Shown here one piece after another: positions 49,494-59,170 of a DNA stretch of 64,000 nt. The translations under genes were made by a program, and so were the position numbers. The notes beneath the pieces are model-generated. The model ran no database searches. It was not told the DNA's origin and was given only the letters and a program-made list of their open reading frames with translations. How positions within the stretch are numbered: position 1 is the first letter of the stretch; each line of letters opens with the position of its first letter. This DNA is from an uncultured Christensenella sp. (lineage in GTDB: Bacteria > Bacillota > Clostridia > Christensenellales > UBA3700). Location: assembly GCA_949287655.1 (NCBI GenBank), contig CASEHD010000006.1:9126-73125 (forward strand), given 5' to 3'.

Positions 49494-50828
49494 ATGACGG
49501 AAGAAGAAAGGTTGCTTGAGCAGGCAAAAGCTTATAACGACGCAAAAAACCACAGCGCGGCGTTTCGGATATTAAGCGATCTGACGGACAGAAGATACGC
49601 TCCCGCTCAGAATTATCTCGGCTTTTGCTATGCCAACGGAAAAGGCGTAGCGCAGAATTACCGGACAGCCGCACAGTGGTATGCAAAGGCTGCGGAGCAG
49701 GGGCTCGCAAGCGCGCAGTTTAATCTGGGCAATATGTATTACAACGGAAAAGGCGTAGCGCAGAATTATCGGACAGCCGCACAGTGGTATACAAAGGCTG
49801 CGGAGCAGGGGCTCGCAGACGCGCAGTTTAATCTGGGCAACAGCTATTACGACGGCAAAGGCGTAGCGCAGGATTACCGGACGGCCGCACAGTGGTATAC
49901 AAAGGCTGCGGAGCAGGGGCTCGCAGACGCGCAGTTCAATCTGGGCAACAGCTATTACAACGGCAAAGGCGTAGCGCAGAATTATCGGACAGCCGCACAG
50001 TGGTATACAAAGGCTGCGGAGAAGGGGCATGCCAAAGCGCAGGTCAATCTGGGCAACAGCTATTACGACGGCAAAGGCGAGACGCAGGATTACCGGACGG
50101 CAGTATATTGGTATACGAAGGCAGCGGAACAAGGGCTCGCAAGCGCGCAGTTCAATCTGGGCAACAGCTATAACAACGGCAAAGGCGTGGCGCAGAATTA
50201 CCGGACGGCAGTATATTGGTATACGAAGGCAGCGGAGCAAGGGCATGCAAGCGCGCAGTATTATCTCGGCAACAGCTATTACGATGGCAAAGGCGTAGTG
50301 CAGAATTACCGGACAGCCGCACAGTGGTATACAAAGGCTGCGGAGCAAGGAAACGCAAAAGCACAGTACAATCTCGGCATTTGCTATGCCAACGGACAGG
50401 GCGCGACGCCGGATTACGCTAAGGCGGCATACTGGTTTGCAAAAGCCGCGGAGCAAGGGCATGCCGAAGCGCAGTTCTATCTGGGCAATATGTATTACGA
50501 CGGACAAGGCGCGACGCCGGATTACGCTAAGGCGGCATATTGGTTTGCAAAAGCCGCGGAGCAAGGGCATGCCAAAGCGCAGTTCTATCTTGGCAACAGC
50601 TATTACAACGGCAAAGGCGTAGCGCAGAATTATCGGACGGCAGTATATTGGTATACGAAGACAGCGGAACAAGGGTACGCGGGAGCGCAGTTCAATCTGG
50701 GTGTTTGCTATAACAACGGCAACGGAGTTCCTCGAGATAAAGCAAAAGCGATCTACTGGTTTAAGAAGGCTGCGGAGCAGGGTCATGAGCAAGCCGGGCA
50801 GATTTTGAAAAAAATAAGAGGATATTGA
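49494..50828 (+). CDS. Sel1-like repeat (SLR/TPR-family) protein, about 12 repeats
   Basis: Repeated 36-aa unit GKGVAQNYRTAAQWYTKAAEQGLADAQFNLGNSYY(N/D); no signal peptide. Confidence 0.85.
   Translation: MTEEERLLEQAKAYNDAKNHSAAFRILSDLTDRRYAPAQNYLGFCYANGKGVAQNYRTAAQWYAKAAEQGLASAQFNLGNMYYNGKGVAQNYRTAAQWYTKAAEQGLADAQFNLGNSYYDGKGVAQDYRTAAQWYTKAAEQGLADAQFNLGNSYYNGKGVAQNYRTAAQWYTKAAEKGHAKAQVNLGNSYYDGKGETQDYRTAVYWYTKAAEQGLASAQFNLGNSYNNGKGVAQNYRTAVYWYTKAAEQGHASAQYYLGNSYYDGKGVVQNYRTAAQWYTKAAEQGNAKAQYNLGICYANGQGATPDYAKAAYWFAKAAEQGHAEAQFYLGNMYYDGQGATPDYAKAAYWFAKAAEQGHAKAQFYLGNSYYNGKGVAQNYRTAVYWYTKTAEQGYAGAQFNLGVCYNNGNGVPRDKAKAIYWFKKAAEQGHEQAGQILKKIRGY
49638..50720 (+). repeat. 108-bp tandem repeats within the Sel1-repeat gene
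   Basis: Units start at 49638, 49746, 49854 ... with very high nucleotide identity between adjacent units. Confidence 0.85.
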
Positions 50829-50843
50829 CGGTCTTTTATTATT

Positions 50844-50882
50844 AAAAACGCGAAGCGGAGAGTTTTTCCGCTTCGCTTTTTT
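50844..50882. terminator. bidirectional terminator between the Sel1 gene and the YitT-family gene
   Basis: aaaaacgcgaagcgg-agagttttt-ccgcttcgctttttt. Confidence 0.8.
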
Positions 50883-50912
50883 AATGCTTTTAAAAGCTGA
50901 ATTTGCGACCCG

Positions 50913-52058
50913 TTATGCGTTTTTCGGGGGTTCGTCGCTTTTTTCCTTGATATCCGCGCTCAAAGTCGTCGCGGTTTTTACGCAGCCTTCCGACGTTGCG
51001 GGAGAGACGTTCCCCGCGTTGCTTTTTTCTGCGGAAGACGGGACAGACGCGGCGTTCTGTCCGCTTTTGGGAGAGGGCGCGGCATTATCGCTCCCGGGGA
51101 AGGCCGCCTCTGCCTGCGCGCGGTCTTTTTTGCCGAAGACGCCCGACTTTTTAATGCTTCTTCTTATAAATCTTTCGTATTTCAGACTGCTTCCCAGCGT
51201 GTCGGTCACGTCGTTGATGACCAGGAACGCGCCGTTGTCGATATTGGTGACTATCGACTTGAGCTTGCCTACCTCGAAGCGGTTGACGACGCAGAAAAGC
51301 ACCGTCTTGCTTGACTGTGAATAGTGACCCGTCGCGTCTATCGCGGTGACTCCTCTGCCGAACTCCTCGGTCAGCGCGTCCGCGACCTCGTTGTGGCGGT
51401 CGGTGATTATAAACGCCGATTTCGCCTTGTCGAAACCGTCGATGATAAAGTCGACCGCTTTAAGACCAACCGTATACGCGATGACGGAATAGAGCGGCGC
51501 CGCCCAGCTTTTTGTGACAAAACCTGCGATAACGTAGAGTATTACGTTGTAGCTCATCACGAAAGAGCCGACGGTCATGCCCATCTTTTTCGCGAATACG
51601 ACCGCCATGACCTCTACGCCGTCTATCGCGCCGCCGAAGCGGATCGTGAGACCGCTTCCTATGCCGGAGATTATGCCTCCGAATACAGAGCACAGCAACA
51701 GGTCGGTCCCCGCGATCGGAGAGCCGCCCGAAAAGTCTATCCCGAACGAGTGCTGGAACAGATAGGAAAACAAAGAGTATACCGCGACCGTATACAGCGA
51801 GTATACGATAAACGGACCGCCGAGTTTTCTGAGGCCGAACAGAAAGAAAGGCACGTTGAGGATAAGCAGGTATACGCTCATCGGCAGCGGAGAGAGCTGA
51901 CCGAGAAGTATGGAAGTACCTGAAAATCCGCCGTCGTACATACCCGCGGGAGCGAGCAAAAGGGTCACGCCCACCGCGTTTATAATGCCCGCGAGCGTCA
52001 GAAAGAGAAAGTTGGGATATCTCAGACTACACAGAAAAGATAAGAGCTTTTTTTTCAT
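50913..52058 (-). CDS. YitT-family membrane protein (DUF2179 C-terminal domain)
   Basis: ATG at 52058 (MKKKLLSF) after AAAGGTGA; GIINAVGVTLLLAPAGMYDGGFSG and a DUF2179-like RGVTAIDATGHYS...AFLVINDV segment; long low-complexity C-terminal tail. Confidence 0.8.
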   Translation of the reverse strand: MKKKLLSFLCSLRYPNFLFLTLAGIINAVGVTLLLAPAGMYDGGFSGTSILLGQLSPLPMSVYLLILNVPFFLFGLRKLGGPFIVYSLYTVAVYSLFSYLFQHSFGIDFSGGSPIAGTDLLLCSVFGGIISGIGSGLTIRFGGAIDGVEVMAVVFAKKMGMTVGSFVMSYNVILYVIAGFVTKSWAAPLYSVIAYTVGLKAVDFIIDGFDKAKSAFIITDRHNEVADALTEEFGRGVTAIDATGHYSQSSKTVLFCVVNRFEVGKLKSIVTNIDNGAFLVINDVTDTLGSSLKYERFIRRSIKKSGVFGKKDRAQAEAAFPGSDNAAPSPKSGQNAASVPSSAEKSNAGNVSPATSEGCVKTATTLSADIKEKSDEPPKNA

Positions 52059-52326
52059 AGGGTCACCTTTGATCCGATACAAATAACAATATTAACATAA
52101 TAATATTATCATAATATGCGCGCGCAGACAAACACAAAACGCGCAAAAAAAGAGGTTTTTCCTATAATTTACGTTTGAAAGCGAAAATCACGCTTTCCCG
52201 CGTCGTAAAGAGCCGCGGTATCCGCGCGTTTTTGCCCGCAAGAGAGAAACAAAAGACGGTAAGGGTCGAGGCTGCGGGATCGTGAATTTTTGCACGAAGG
52301 AAAAAACGCGGGCATACAATATCATT

Positions 52327-53211
52327 ATGGAAAAATCAGAAAAAAGCGTAGAAAAAGAGCTGGTTAAAAACGGGTGCCGCATAAAGTACGACGTGCCCGC
52401 TTTCGGCGCGTTCGGCAGCGGCGGCAAGGTCGCAAAAGTCGTCTGTCCGAAAGACGGATATGCGCTTTCAAAGGCGGCAAAGATATTGGGCGGGGAAAAA
52501 GTAGTGCTCGGCGGCGCGACCAACGTGCTGTTTCCGGACGGCGGCTTCGACGGCGTTGCGGTTACGACGGGGGAGATAAAAGACGTTTTCCGCAAGGGGA
52601 ACCGCGTGTATTGCGGCGCGGGCGTACGGCTTCCCGACCTGGTGAAAAAATGCGCGAAATACGGTTTGTCCGGTCTTGAACAGCTTTCGGGAATACCGGG
52701 CAGCGCGGGCGGAGCGATAGCTATGAACGCAGGTGCGTTCGGGCGAGAGATGGCTGAACTTATCGCCCGCGTCGACGCGGTGACCGCGGAAGGAGAGGTC
52801 GTCGCGCTGTCGCGCTATGCGCTCGATCCCGCTTACAGACATACATGTATAGCGGAAAAAGGACTGACGGTGCTCGGCGCGGAGCTTGCGCTTACGCCGT
52901 CGTCCGAAAGAGAGATAAGGACGAGTGTCGAGGAGTACCGCAAGAGGCGGCGGAACAGCCAGCCCGCGGGAAGATCTCTCGGCAGCGTTTTCAAGCGCGT
53001 GGACGGGATATCCGCCGGCTATTACATAGAGCGCGCGGGGCTGAAAGGCGAAAAAAAGGGAGGAGCGGAAATATCCGAAAGGCACGCCAATTTTATAGTA
53101 AACTCCGGCGGCGCGACCGGCGCGGACTTTCTCTATCTCGCGGAGCTTGCCAGACGGCGCGTTTTCGACAAGTTCGGGATAACCCTCGAATACGAAGTGA
53201 TCTTCCTTTAA
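52327..53211 (+). CDS. murB: UDP-N-acetylenolpyruvoylglucosamine reductase
   Basis: GGATNVLF, SGIPGSAGGAIAMNAGA, ERHANFIVN motifs; start uncertain (GTG at 52282 is an alternative). Confidence 0.88.
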   Translation: MEKSEKSVEKELVKNGCRIKYDVPAFGAFGSGGKVAKVVCPKDGYALSKAAKILGGEKVVLGGATNVLFPDGGFDGVAVTTGEIKDVFRKGNRVYCGAGVRLPDLVKKCAKYGLSGLEQLSGIPGSAGGAIAMNAGAFGREMAELIARVDAVTAEGEVVALSRYALDPAYRHTCIAEKGLTVLGAELALTPSSEREIRTSVEEYRKRRRNSQPAGRSLGSVFKRVDGISAGYYIERAGLKGEKKGGAEISERHANFIVNSGGATGADFLYLAELARRRVFDKFGITLEYEVIFL

Positions 53212-53218
53212 CCGCGGT

Positions 53219-53461
53219 GGGGCGACAGCCTGATAGGCTTCGCTAAGCGTAAAATGTTACGATACGCGATAGCGACCAATGCCCCCGCCACGCGGGCGGG
53301 GCGACAGCCTGATAGGCTTCGCGGCAACGGGGTTGCCTTCCGTATCGGCTTCGCTAAGCGTTAAATGTTACGATACGCGTCAGCGACTTATGTCGTCGGT
53401 CACACCGACCGACTAATGCTCCCGGTCACACCGACCGATTAATGCCCCCGCCACGCGGGCG
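53219..53461. repeat. composite direct-repeat patch downstream of murB
   Basis: Four units occur twice each: ggggcgacagcctgataggcttcgc; ggcttcgctaagcgtWaaatgttacgatacgcg..agcgac; aatgcccccgccacgcgggcgg; cggtcacaccgaccgaYtaatgc. Confidence 0.8.
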
Positions 53462-53670
53462 GTCACATCTCCAAAGCACAGAGTTAAAAAGTATACATAT
53501 TTTCAAGGGCGCGTCGTCAAAAGACGCGTAAAAGCCGTGGCTCAGGGCGTGTCTGAATTTTCGGGTACGGTATATATTGTAAAATTTAAAAAAGAGGCGG
53601 CTATCAGATGAAAAAGTTGCGGCTTTGGTATATAATAAAAAGACCGACGTTAAAAACGCGAGGGGTACTT

Positions 53671-54432
53671 ATGAAAATAACGGCAGACTTTCATACTCAT
53701 ACCAGATATTCTCACGGCACGGGAAGCGTTGTCGACAACGCGGTGAACGCGCTCAGCCTCGGGATGCGGGCGGTCGCGATAACCGACCATGCGAAAAATC
53801 ATCCGATCGTCGGGGTTAAGCCGGAGAAGATAGACGACCTGGTCAAAGACGTAAAGGCGGCGGACAAGGAATACCGCAAGATACGCGTGCTGTCGGGACT
53901 GGAAGCCAATATCATAAGCCCGCGAGGCGACATCGACGTGACGGAAGAGCAGGCTGAAAAGCTGGATATCCTGCTGGTCGGGTTCCATCTGACCGCGTAT
54001 CAGAAAAAGTTTGCCGATTACTTCGGGCTGCCGTTCAACGGTCTTTTGCACATATTCTGCAAAAACAGCGCGAAGAGGATAGCGCACAACACGGACGCGC
54101 TCATAAAATGCGTGCTTGAAAACCAGGTGGACATACTCACTCATCCGGGATTCAGGCTGGACGTGGACTGCGGGGCGATCGCGGCGGCGTGCGCGGAAAC
54201 GGGCACGTATATGGAGATTTCTTCCCGTCACAGGACGCCCGATCCGAAGGGGCTGGAAGAGGCGCTCAAGGCGGGCGCGAAGTTCGTGATAAACAGCGAC
54301 GCGCATAAGCCGGTCAACGTGGGAAAGTGCGACTACGCGATAAGCCTTGCCGAAGAGCTGAAGCTTACGGACAACGAGGTGGTCAACATATCGGACAAGC
54401 CCATAACGTTCAGAAGGGGGCTTACCGTATGA
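53671..54432 (+). CDS. PHP-domain metal-dependent phosphoesterase
   Basis: MKITADFHTHTRYSHG...AITDH... motifs; GAGGGG RBS. Confidence 0.8.
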   Translation: MKITADFHTHTRYSHGTGSVVDNAVNALSLGMRAVAITDHAKNHPIVGVKPEKIDDLVKDVKAADKEYRKIRVLSGLEANIISPRGDIDVTEEQAEKLDILLVGFHLTAYQKKFADYFGLPFNGLLHIFCKNSAKRIAHNTDALIKCVLENQVDILTHPGFRLDVDCGAIAAACAETGTYMEISSRHRTPDPKGLEEALKAGAKFVINSDAHKPVNVGKCDYAISLAEELKLTDNEVVNISDKPITFRRGLTV

Positions 54433-55379
54433 ACATAACAGATGAAGTGAGAGAGGAGATCCTTCTGACCGACGACGACCACGAGAGCGAAAGGCGGGAA
54501 TATCTTTGCGCGCTGGTCAAGTGTCTGGGGTCGATAAGCATTGAGGGAGGCAAGAGTTATCTTGTGCTCGAGAGTAAGAACAGACTGCCGATAATCACCG
54601 CGGCGACGCTGATAAAAGAGCTGACGGACGCAGAGATAGAATACGGCGGCGGAGAGGGTAAGGGCTATTACGTAAAGGCGGAAGGAGCCGACGCGGCAAA
54701 GATATTCGCCTGCGTAAGCGAAGGCAGGTCTGCGACAGACCTCGGCGACACCGACGGAATAACCTCGCGCACCTCAGCGGCGGCGTATGCAAGAGGCGCG
54801 TTCCTCGCGGGCGGAAGCGCGTATATCCCGTCCGAAAAGGTAGAGGAAAAGAGCGTAGGCTACCATATAGAATTCATGTTTTTCGGAGAGGACGCGGCGA
54901 CGGCGTTCGCCGACCTTCTGAAGAGGTGCGAACTTACAGCGCACATATCCTCAAAGGGGAACTATTTCAGCGTATACGCTAAATCCGCGGACGCGGTCAG
55001 CGACATACTGGCGTTTATGGGCGCCAACGAAAGCGTGTTGAAAACGACGTCGGCGAACGTGACCCGTCTTGCGAACGGCAACGTCAACCGCAAGACAAAC
55101 TGCGTAATGGCGAATATCGACAAGAGTCAGGAAAACACAATGCGGCAGGTTGAGGCGATAGAGAACTTAAAGGAGTCGGGAGAGTACGACAAACTGGACG
55201 AAAAGCTGAAAGAGACCTGCGAAGCGAGATTGAACAACAGGGATAAAACGCTGGGAGAGCTGGCAAAGATAATGGGAATAAGCAAAAGCGGGCTCAATCA
55301 CAGACTGGTAAAGATAACGGAGCTGGGGAGCGAAACAAATGGCGGAAGAAATAAAGAAAGAAGAAAAGGAAATAAATAA
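54429..55379 (+). CDS. whiA: DNA-binding sporulation/cell-division regulator WhiA
   Basis: ATG overlaps the upstream stop (ATGA); LAGLIDADG-like core; C-terminal HTH LGELAKIMGISKSGLNHRL. Confidence 0.85.
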   Translation: MNITDEVREEILLTDDDHESERREYLCALVKCLGSISIEGGKSYLVLESKNRLPIITAATLIKELTDAEIEYGGGEGKGYYVKAEGADAAKIFACVSEGRSATDLGDTDGITSRTSAAAYARGAFLAGGSAYIPSEKVEEKSVGYHIEFMFFGEDAATAFADLLKRCELTAHISSKGNYFSVYAKSADAVSDILAFMGANESVLKTTSANVTRLANGNVNRKTNCVMANIDKSQENTMRQVEAIENLKESGEYDKLDEKLKETCEARLNNRDKTLGELAKIMGISKSGLNHRLVKITELGSETNGGRNKERRKGNK

Positions 55380-58300
55380 ACAGGGCGCGGACGGAGCGGA
55401 AAACAAAGCAGAAAGCACGCCCGCGGCGGCTCCGGAACAGAAAAAAGAGAAAGAAAAGCCGCCGGTCAAGCCGTTCGTGCACCTGCACGTACATACGGAC
55501 ATGAGCCTTCTGGACGGCGCGGCGAGACTGACGAAGGGCAAGCATTTTCCCCTTCTCGAAGCGGCGGTCGCGAAGGGTATGCCGGGCATTGCGATAACCG
55601 ACCACGGCAACATGTTCGGCGTATTCACGATGTACCGCGCGTGCAAGGATACGTTCAAAGACTTAAAACCCATTATCGGCTGTGAATTCTACACCTGCGA
55701 GAATATGTACGAACAGAGCGGCAGACCCTCGGATTTCAACCACCTGCTGCTTATCGCGAAGGACAACGACGGCTACCGCAATCTGGTGCAGATGGACAGC
55801 AAGGCGTACGTCGACGGTTTTTACTATAAGCCGCGCATAGACTTAGAGCTTTTAAAGCAGCATACGAAAGGCGTCATATGCTGTTCGGCGTGTCTTTCGG
55901 GCAGGATCCCCAGGCTTCTTCTCGCCGGCGATTACGAGGGCGCGAAGAGCTATGCGATAATGCTGCGCGACATGTTCGAAGAGGGAGATTTTTACATTGA
56001 GCTTCAGGACCACGGAATACCCGAACAGAAGAGGATAAACCCCCTTCTCGTCCGTCTCGCGCGCGAGATAGGAGTAAAGGTCGTCGCGACCAACGACGTG
56101 CATTATATCGAAAAGTCGGACGCTGAAATGCAGGACGTGCTGCTGTGCATACAGACGGGCAAGACGATAGACGACCCGTCGCGTATGAAATTCGATTCCG
56201 ACGAATTTTATCTGAAGACGTACGACGAGATGATGGAAGTCTTTTCGTGGTGTCCTGAGGCTGTGACGAACACGGTCGAGATTATGGAAAAATGCCACGT
56301 GACGATTGAAAAGCAGGACCTTCAGCCGCCTTACGTGCCGCCGGACGGACTTACCCCCGCGGAGTATCTCAGAAAGATGGCGTACGAAGGACTTATCGAG
56401 CGTTACGGTACGATATCGGAAGAACTCAGAGAGAGAGCCGAAAAGGAACTCAACGTCATCATTACCAAAGGTTTCGCGGACTATTATCTGGTCGTATGGG
56501 ACTTTATAAATTACGCGCGCCAGCACGGGATTCCGGTCGGCGCGGGAAGAGGCAGCGGCGTGGGAAGCGTGATCGCGTACGCGATACATATCACAAACGT
56601 CGACCCGCTCAGATACAATCTTCTTTTTGAGCGTTTTCTTAACCCGGAAAGAGAATCTCCGCCCGACTTCGACGTCGATTTCTGCTTTGAAAGGCGCGGG
56701 GAGGTCATAGAGTACGTAACCGAAAAATACGGCAGCGACAAGGTCTGTCAGATACTTGCGCTGGGTACGATGAAGGCGAAAGGCGCGATAAAGGACGTCG
56801 CGCGCGTTTACAACGTGCCGCTGCCCGACGTCAACAAGCTGACAAAGGCGATCGCCAACGACCCCAAGGTCACGCTGGACAAGGTCCTCGGCAGGACGGG
56901 CAACGAAGAAGATAAAAAGCTGTATTCGCCGGAAGTCGTTCAGATGTACAACGAAAACCCGACGCTGCGCAACGTGATAGACATGGCGCTGCGTATCGAG
57001 GGCATGCCCAGAAACTGCTCCAAACACGCGGCGGGCGTCGTCATATGCAAAGAAGTCATATCCGATTTCGTGCCGCTGCAAAGAAACGGCGAAGATATCA
57101 CAACCCAGTTCCAGAAAGAAGAAGTGGAGCTGATGGGTATGCTGAAAATGGACTTCCTCGGGCTCAAGACGCTGACCGACGTCAGTAAGACCAGGCAATA
57201 TATAAAAGAGGATTTCGGCATCGGGATAGACTTTCAGAAACTCGGCTACGACGACCCCGAAGTGTACAAGCTGATAGGCACGGGCGAAACGGACGCCGTG
57301 TTCCAGCTCGAAAGCACGGGAATGAAGAAGTTTATGCAGGAGCTCCGCCCGCAGAGCCTCGAAGATATCATAGCGGGAATATCCCTTTACCGTCCGGGGC
57401 CGATGGACGCGATACCCGACTATCTGCGTTCAAAGAACAACCCTGAGACGATAACCTATAAGCACCCGGCGCTGGAGCCTATACTCAACATGACTTACGG
57501 CACCCTCGTTTACCAGGAACAGGTCATGCAGATAGTGCAGGTGCTGGCGGGCTATTCGCTGGGAAGCGCGGACCTTCTGCGCCGCGCGATGAGCAAGAAG
57601 AAACCGGACGAAATGGCAAAGCACCGTCAGATATTCCTGTACGGCGACGAAAAAATGCATATCGACGGCGCGCTCAAACGCGGCGTGGATGAGAACGTTG
57701 CCAACGCGATATTCGACGAAATGGAGAACTTTGCGAAGTACGCGTTCAACAAATCGCACGCGGCGGCTTACGCGGTGCTCGCGTACGAGACGGCGTATTT
57801 TAAGAGATATTACAACATACAGTTTATCGCGGCGGTCATCAACAACCGTATCACCAACGCGGACGAGGTGCAGAAATATCTGACCTATCTGAGGAACAAG
57901 GGCTATAAGATCTATCCGCCCGACGTCAACAAGTCGCGCGCGGTGTTCAAGACCGAAAACGGCGGTTTGCGTTTCGGGCTCGGCGGCATAAAGAACGTCG
58001 GCGAAGCGGCGATGAATACGCTGGTCGAGGAGAGGGAAAAGAACGGACCGTATAAGAGCATATCGGATATGCTGTCCAGGCTTCCCGCGGGCACGATAAA
58101 CAAGCGTATCTTTGAAAACCTTATAAAGGCGGGCGCGTTCGACAGCTTCGGCTATACCCGCGCGTCGCTGATGGCGAGCTACGAAGGAATGCTCAACCTT
58201 TCGGCTTACGAAAAGAAGAAGCAGGGCAGCGGACAGCTTTCGTTATTCGATTTTATGGAAGAAGAAAAAACGGACGACGTGCCGTCGCTTCCGGAATTCC

Positions 58301-59034
58301 CTGCCAAGGTGCTTCTCGACAATGAAAAGGACGCGCTCAACGTATATCTTTCCGGTCATCCGCTCGACGAGTGGCGAGAGGTGCTGGAAAGACAGCCGTT
58401 CACTCTCGCTCCGCTCGCGGAATACCTCGAAGAGATAGCCAATATCCGCGCCGGCGAAAAGACGGAAGAAGAGGAAGCAGACGGCGGTTTCGGCGAAAGC
58501 GGTTATCTCGATCTGATAAATTCGTACAACGAAAAGACGGTCTCGGTATGCGGCATGCTCAGCAACGTGACCCCCAAGGTCACAAAGACGGGCAAGCTTA
58601 TGGGCTACGGATTGCTTGAGGACATGCACGCGACGATAGAGGTCGTGTTCTTCCCCAACGTGTTTTCAAAGGTGCATTACATAATCCCCGACGACGCGAT
58701 CGTCAGGGTGACCGGCAGGCTCAATCTTGAAGAGGAGAGGGCGAGTCTGGTCGCGATGGACGTCCAACTTCTCGAAAACACAAAGGACGGCGAAGAGGAA
58801 GAGGAAAAGGAAGAGGAGACTAAGGACGCGCTTTACGTAAAGGTCGACTCAAACGACCAGTACGACGACGTCAGATCTCTTCTCAGGCTTGCGCCCGGCA
58901 AGGTGGAGACCTTCGTTCAGTTTGAAGGAAAGCTGTACAAATGCAGAGAAAAAGCGGATATAAGCGGCGCGCTGGTCTCTCAGCTCAAAGGGCTTCTGGG
59001 TGAAGCGTGCGTAAAGACCGCGAAGAAAAAATAA
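55339..59034 (+). CDS. dnaE: DNA polymerase III alpha subunit (DnaE type)
   Basis: FVHLHVHTDMSLLDG PHP start, polymerase core motifs, OB fold; about 45-aa K/E-rich N-terminal extension overlapping the whiA 3' end by 41 nt. Confidence 0.95.
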   Translation: MAEEIKKEEKEINKQGADGAENKAESTPAAAPEQKKEKEKPPVKPFVHLHVHTDMSLLDGAARLTKGKHFPLLEAAVAKGMPGIAITDHGNMFGVFTMYRACKDTFKDLKPIIGCEFYTCENMYEQSGRPSDFNHLLLIAKDNDGYRNLVQMDSKAYVDGFYYKPRIDLELLKQHTKGVICCSACLSGRIPRLLLAGDYEGAKSYAIMLRDMFEEGDFYIELQDHGIPEQKRINPLLVRLAREIGVKVVATNDVHYIEKSDAEMQDVLLCIQTGKTIDDPSRMKFDSDEFYLKTYDEMMEVFSWCPEAVTNTVEIMEKCHVTIEKQDLQPPYVPPDGLTPAEYLRKMAYEGLIERYGTISEELRERAEKELNVIITKGFADYYLVVWDFINYARQHGIPVGAGRGSGVGSVIAYAIHITNVDPLRYNLLFERFLNPERESPPDFDVDFCFERRGEVIEYVTEKYGSDKVCQILALGTMKAKGAIKDVARVYNVPLPDVNKLTKAIANDPKVTLDKVLGRTGNEEDKKLYSPEVVQMYNENPTLRNVIDMALRIEGMPRNCSKHAAGVVICKEVISDFVPLQRNGEDITTQFQKEEVELMGMLKMDFLGLKTLTDVSKTRQYIKEDFGIGIDFQKLGYDDPEVYKLIGTGETDAVFQLESTGMKKFMQELRPQSLEDIIAGISLYRPGPMDAIPDYLRSKNNPETITYKHPALEPILNMTYGTLVYQEQVMQIVQVLAGYSLGSADLLRRAMSKKKPDEMAKHRQIFLYGDEKMHIDGALKRGVDENVANAIFDEMENFAKYAFNKSHAAAYAVLAYETAYFKRYYNIQFIAAVINNRITNADEVQKYLTYLRNKGYKIYPPDVNKSRAVFKTENGGLRFGLGGIKNVGEAAMNTLVEEREKNGPYKSISDMLSRLPAGTINKRIFENLIKAGAFDSFGYTRASLMASYEGMLNLSAYEKKKQGSGQLSLFDFMEEEKTDDVPSLPEFPAKVLLDNEKDALNVYLSGHPLDEWREVLERQPFTLAPLAEYLEEIANIRAGEKTEEEEADGGFGESGYLDLINSYNEKTVSVCGMLSNVTPKVTKTGKLMGYGLLEDMHATIEVVFFPNVFSKVHYIIPDDAIVRVTGRLNLEEERASLVAMDVQLLENTKDGEEEEEKEEETKDALYVKVDSNDQYDDVRSLLRLAPGKVETFVQFEGKLYKCREKADISGALVSQLKGLLGEACVKTAKKK

Positions 59035-59136
59035 GCCTGCCCGCGGCGCGAAAACAGAGAAAAACCGCCCGCCGCGCGCATAAATGCGCAAAATATCAAA
59101 ATATTAAGCAAAACAATAGAGTTTTGACAAGTTATT

Positions 59137-59145
59137 TGATATAAT
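59137..59145 (+). promoter_or_regulatory. extended -10 promoter element upstream of mtrB
   Basis: TGATATAAT; the nearby TTGACA is only 10 nt away and so is not a canonical -35. Confidence 0.4.
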
Positions 59146-59170
59146 CCTATTGGCGTATAAAGAGGTATAT

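Noticed and set aside
49572-50792. 406-aa ORF on the minus strand, plus several 60-90-aa plus-strand ORFs, inside the Sel1 gene
   Set aside because: These are periodic artefacts of the 108-bp repeats. The Sel1 reading frame is the only one with a recognisable repeat motif and an RBS.
53219-53461. Possible CRISPR array
   Set aside because: The repeats are four different units, each present twice in interleaved order. They lack regular repeat-spacer periodicity, and no cas genes are present.
55852-57198. 448-aa ORF on the minus strand
   Set aside because: Antisense to dnaE. Shadow ORF.
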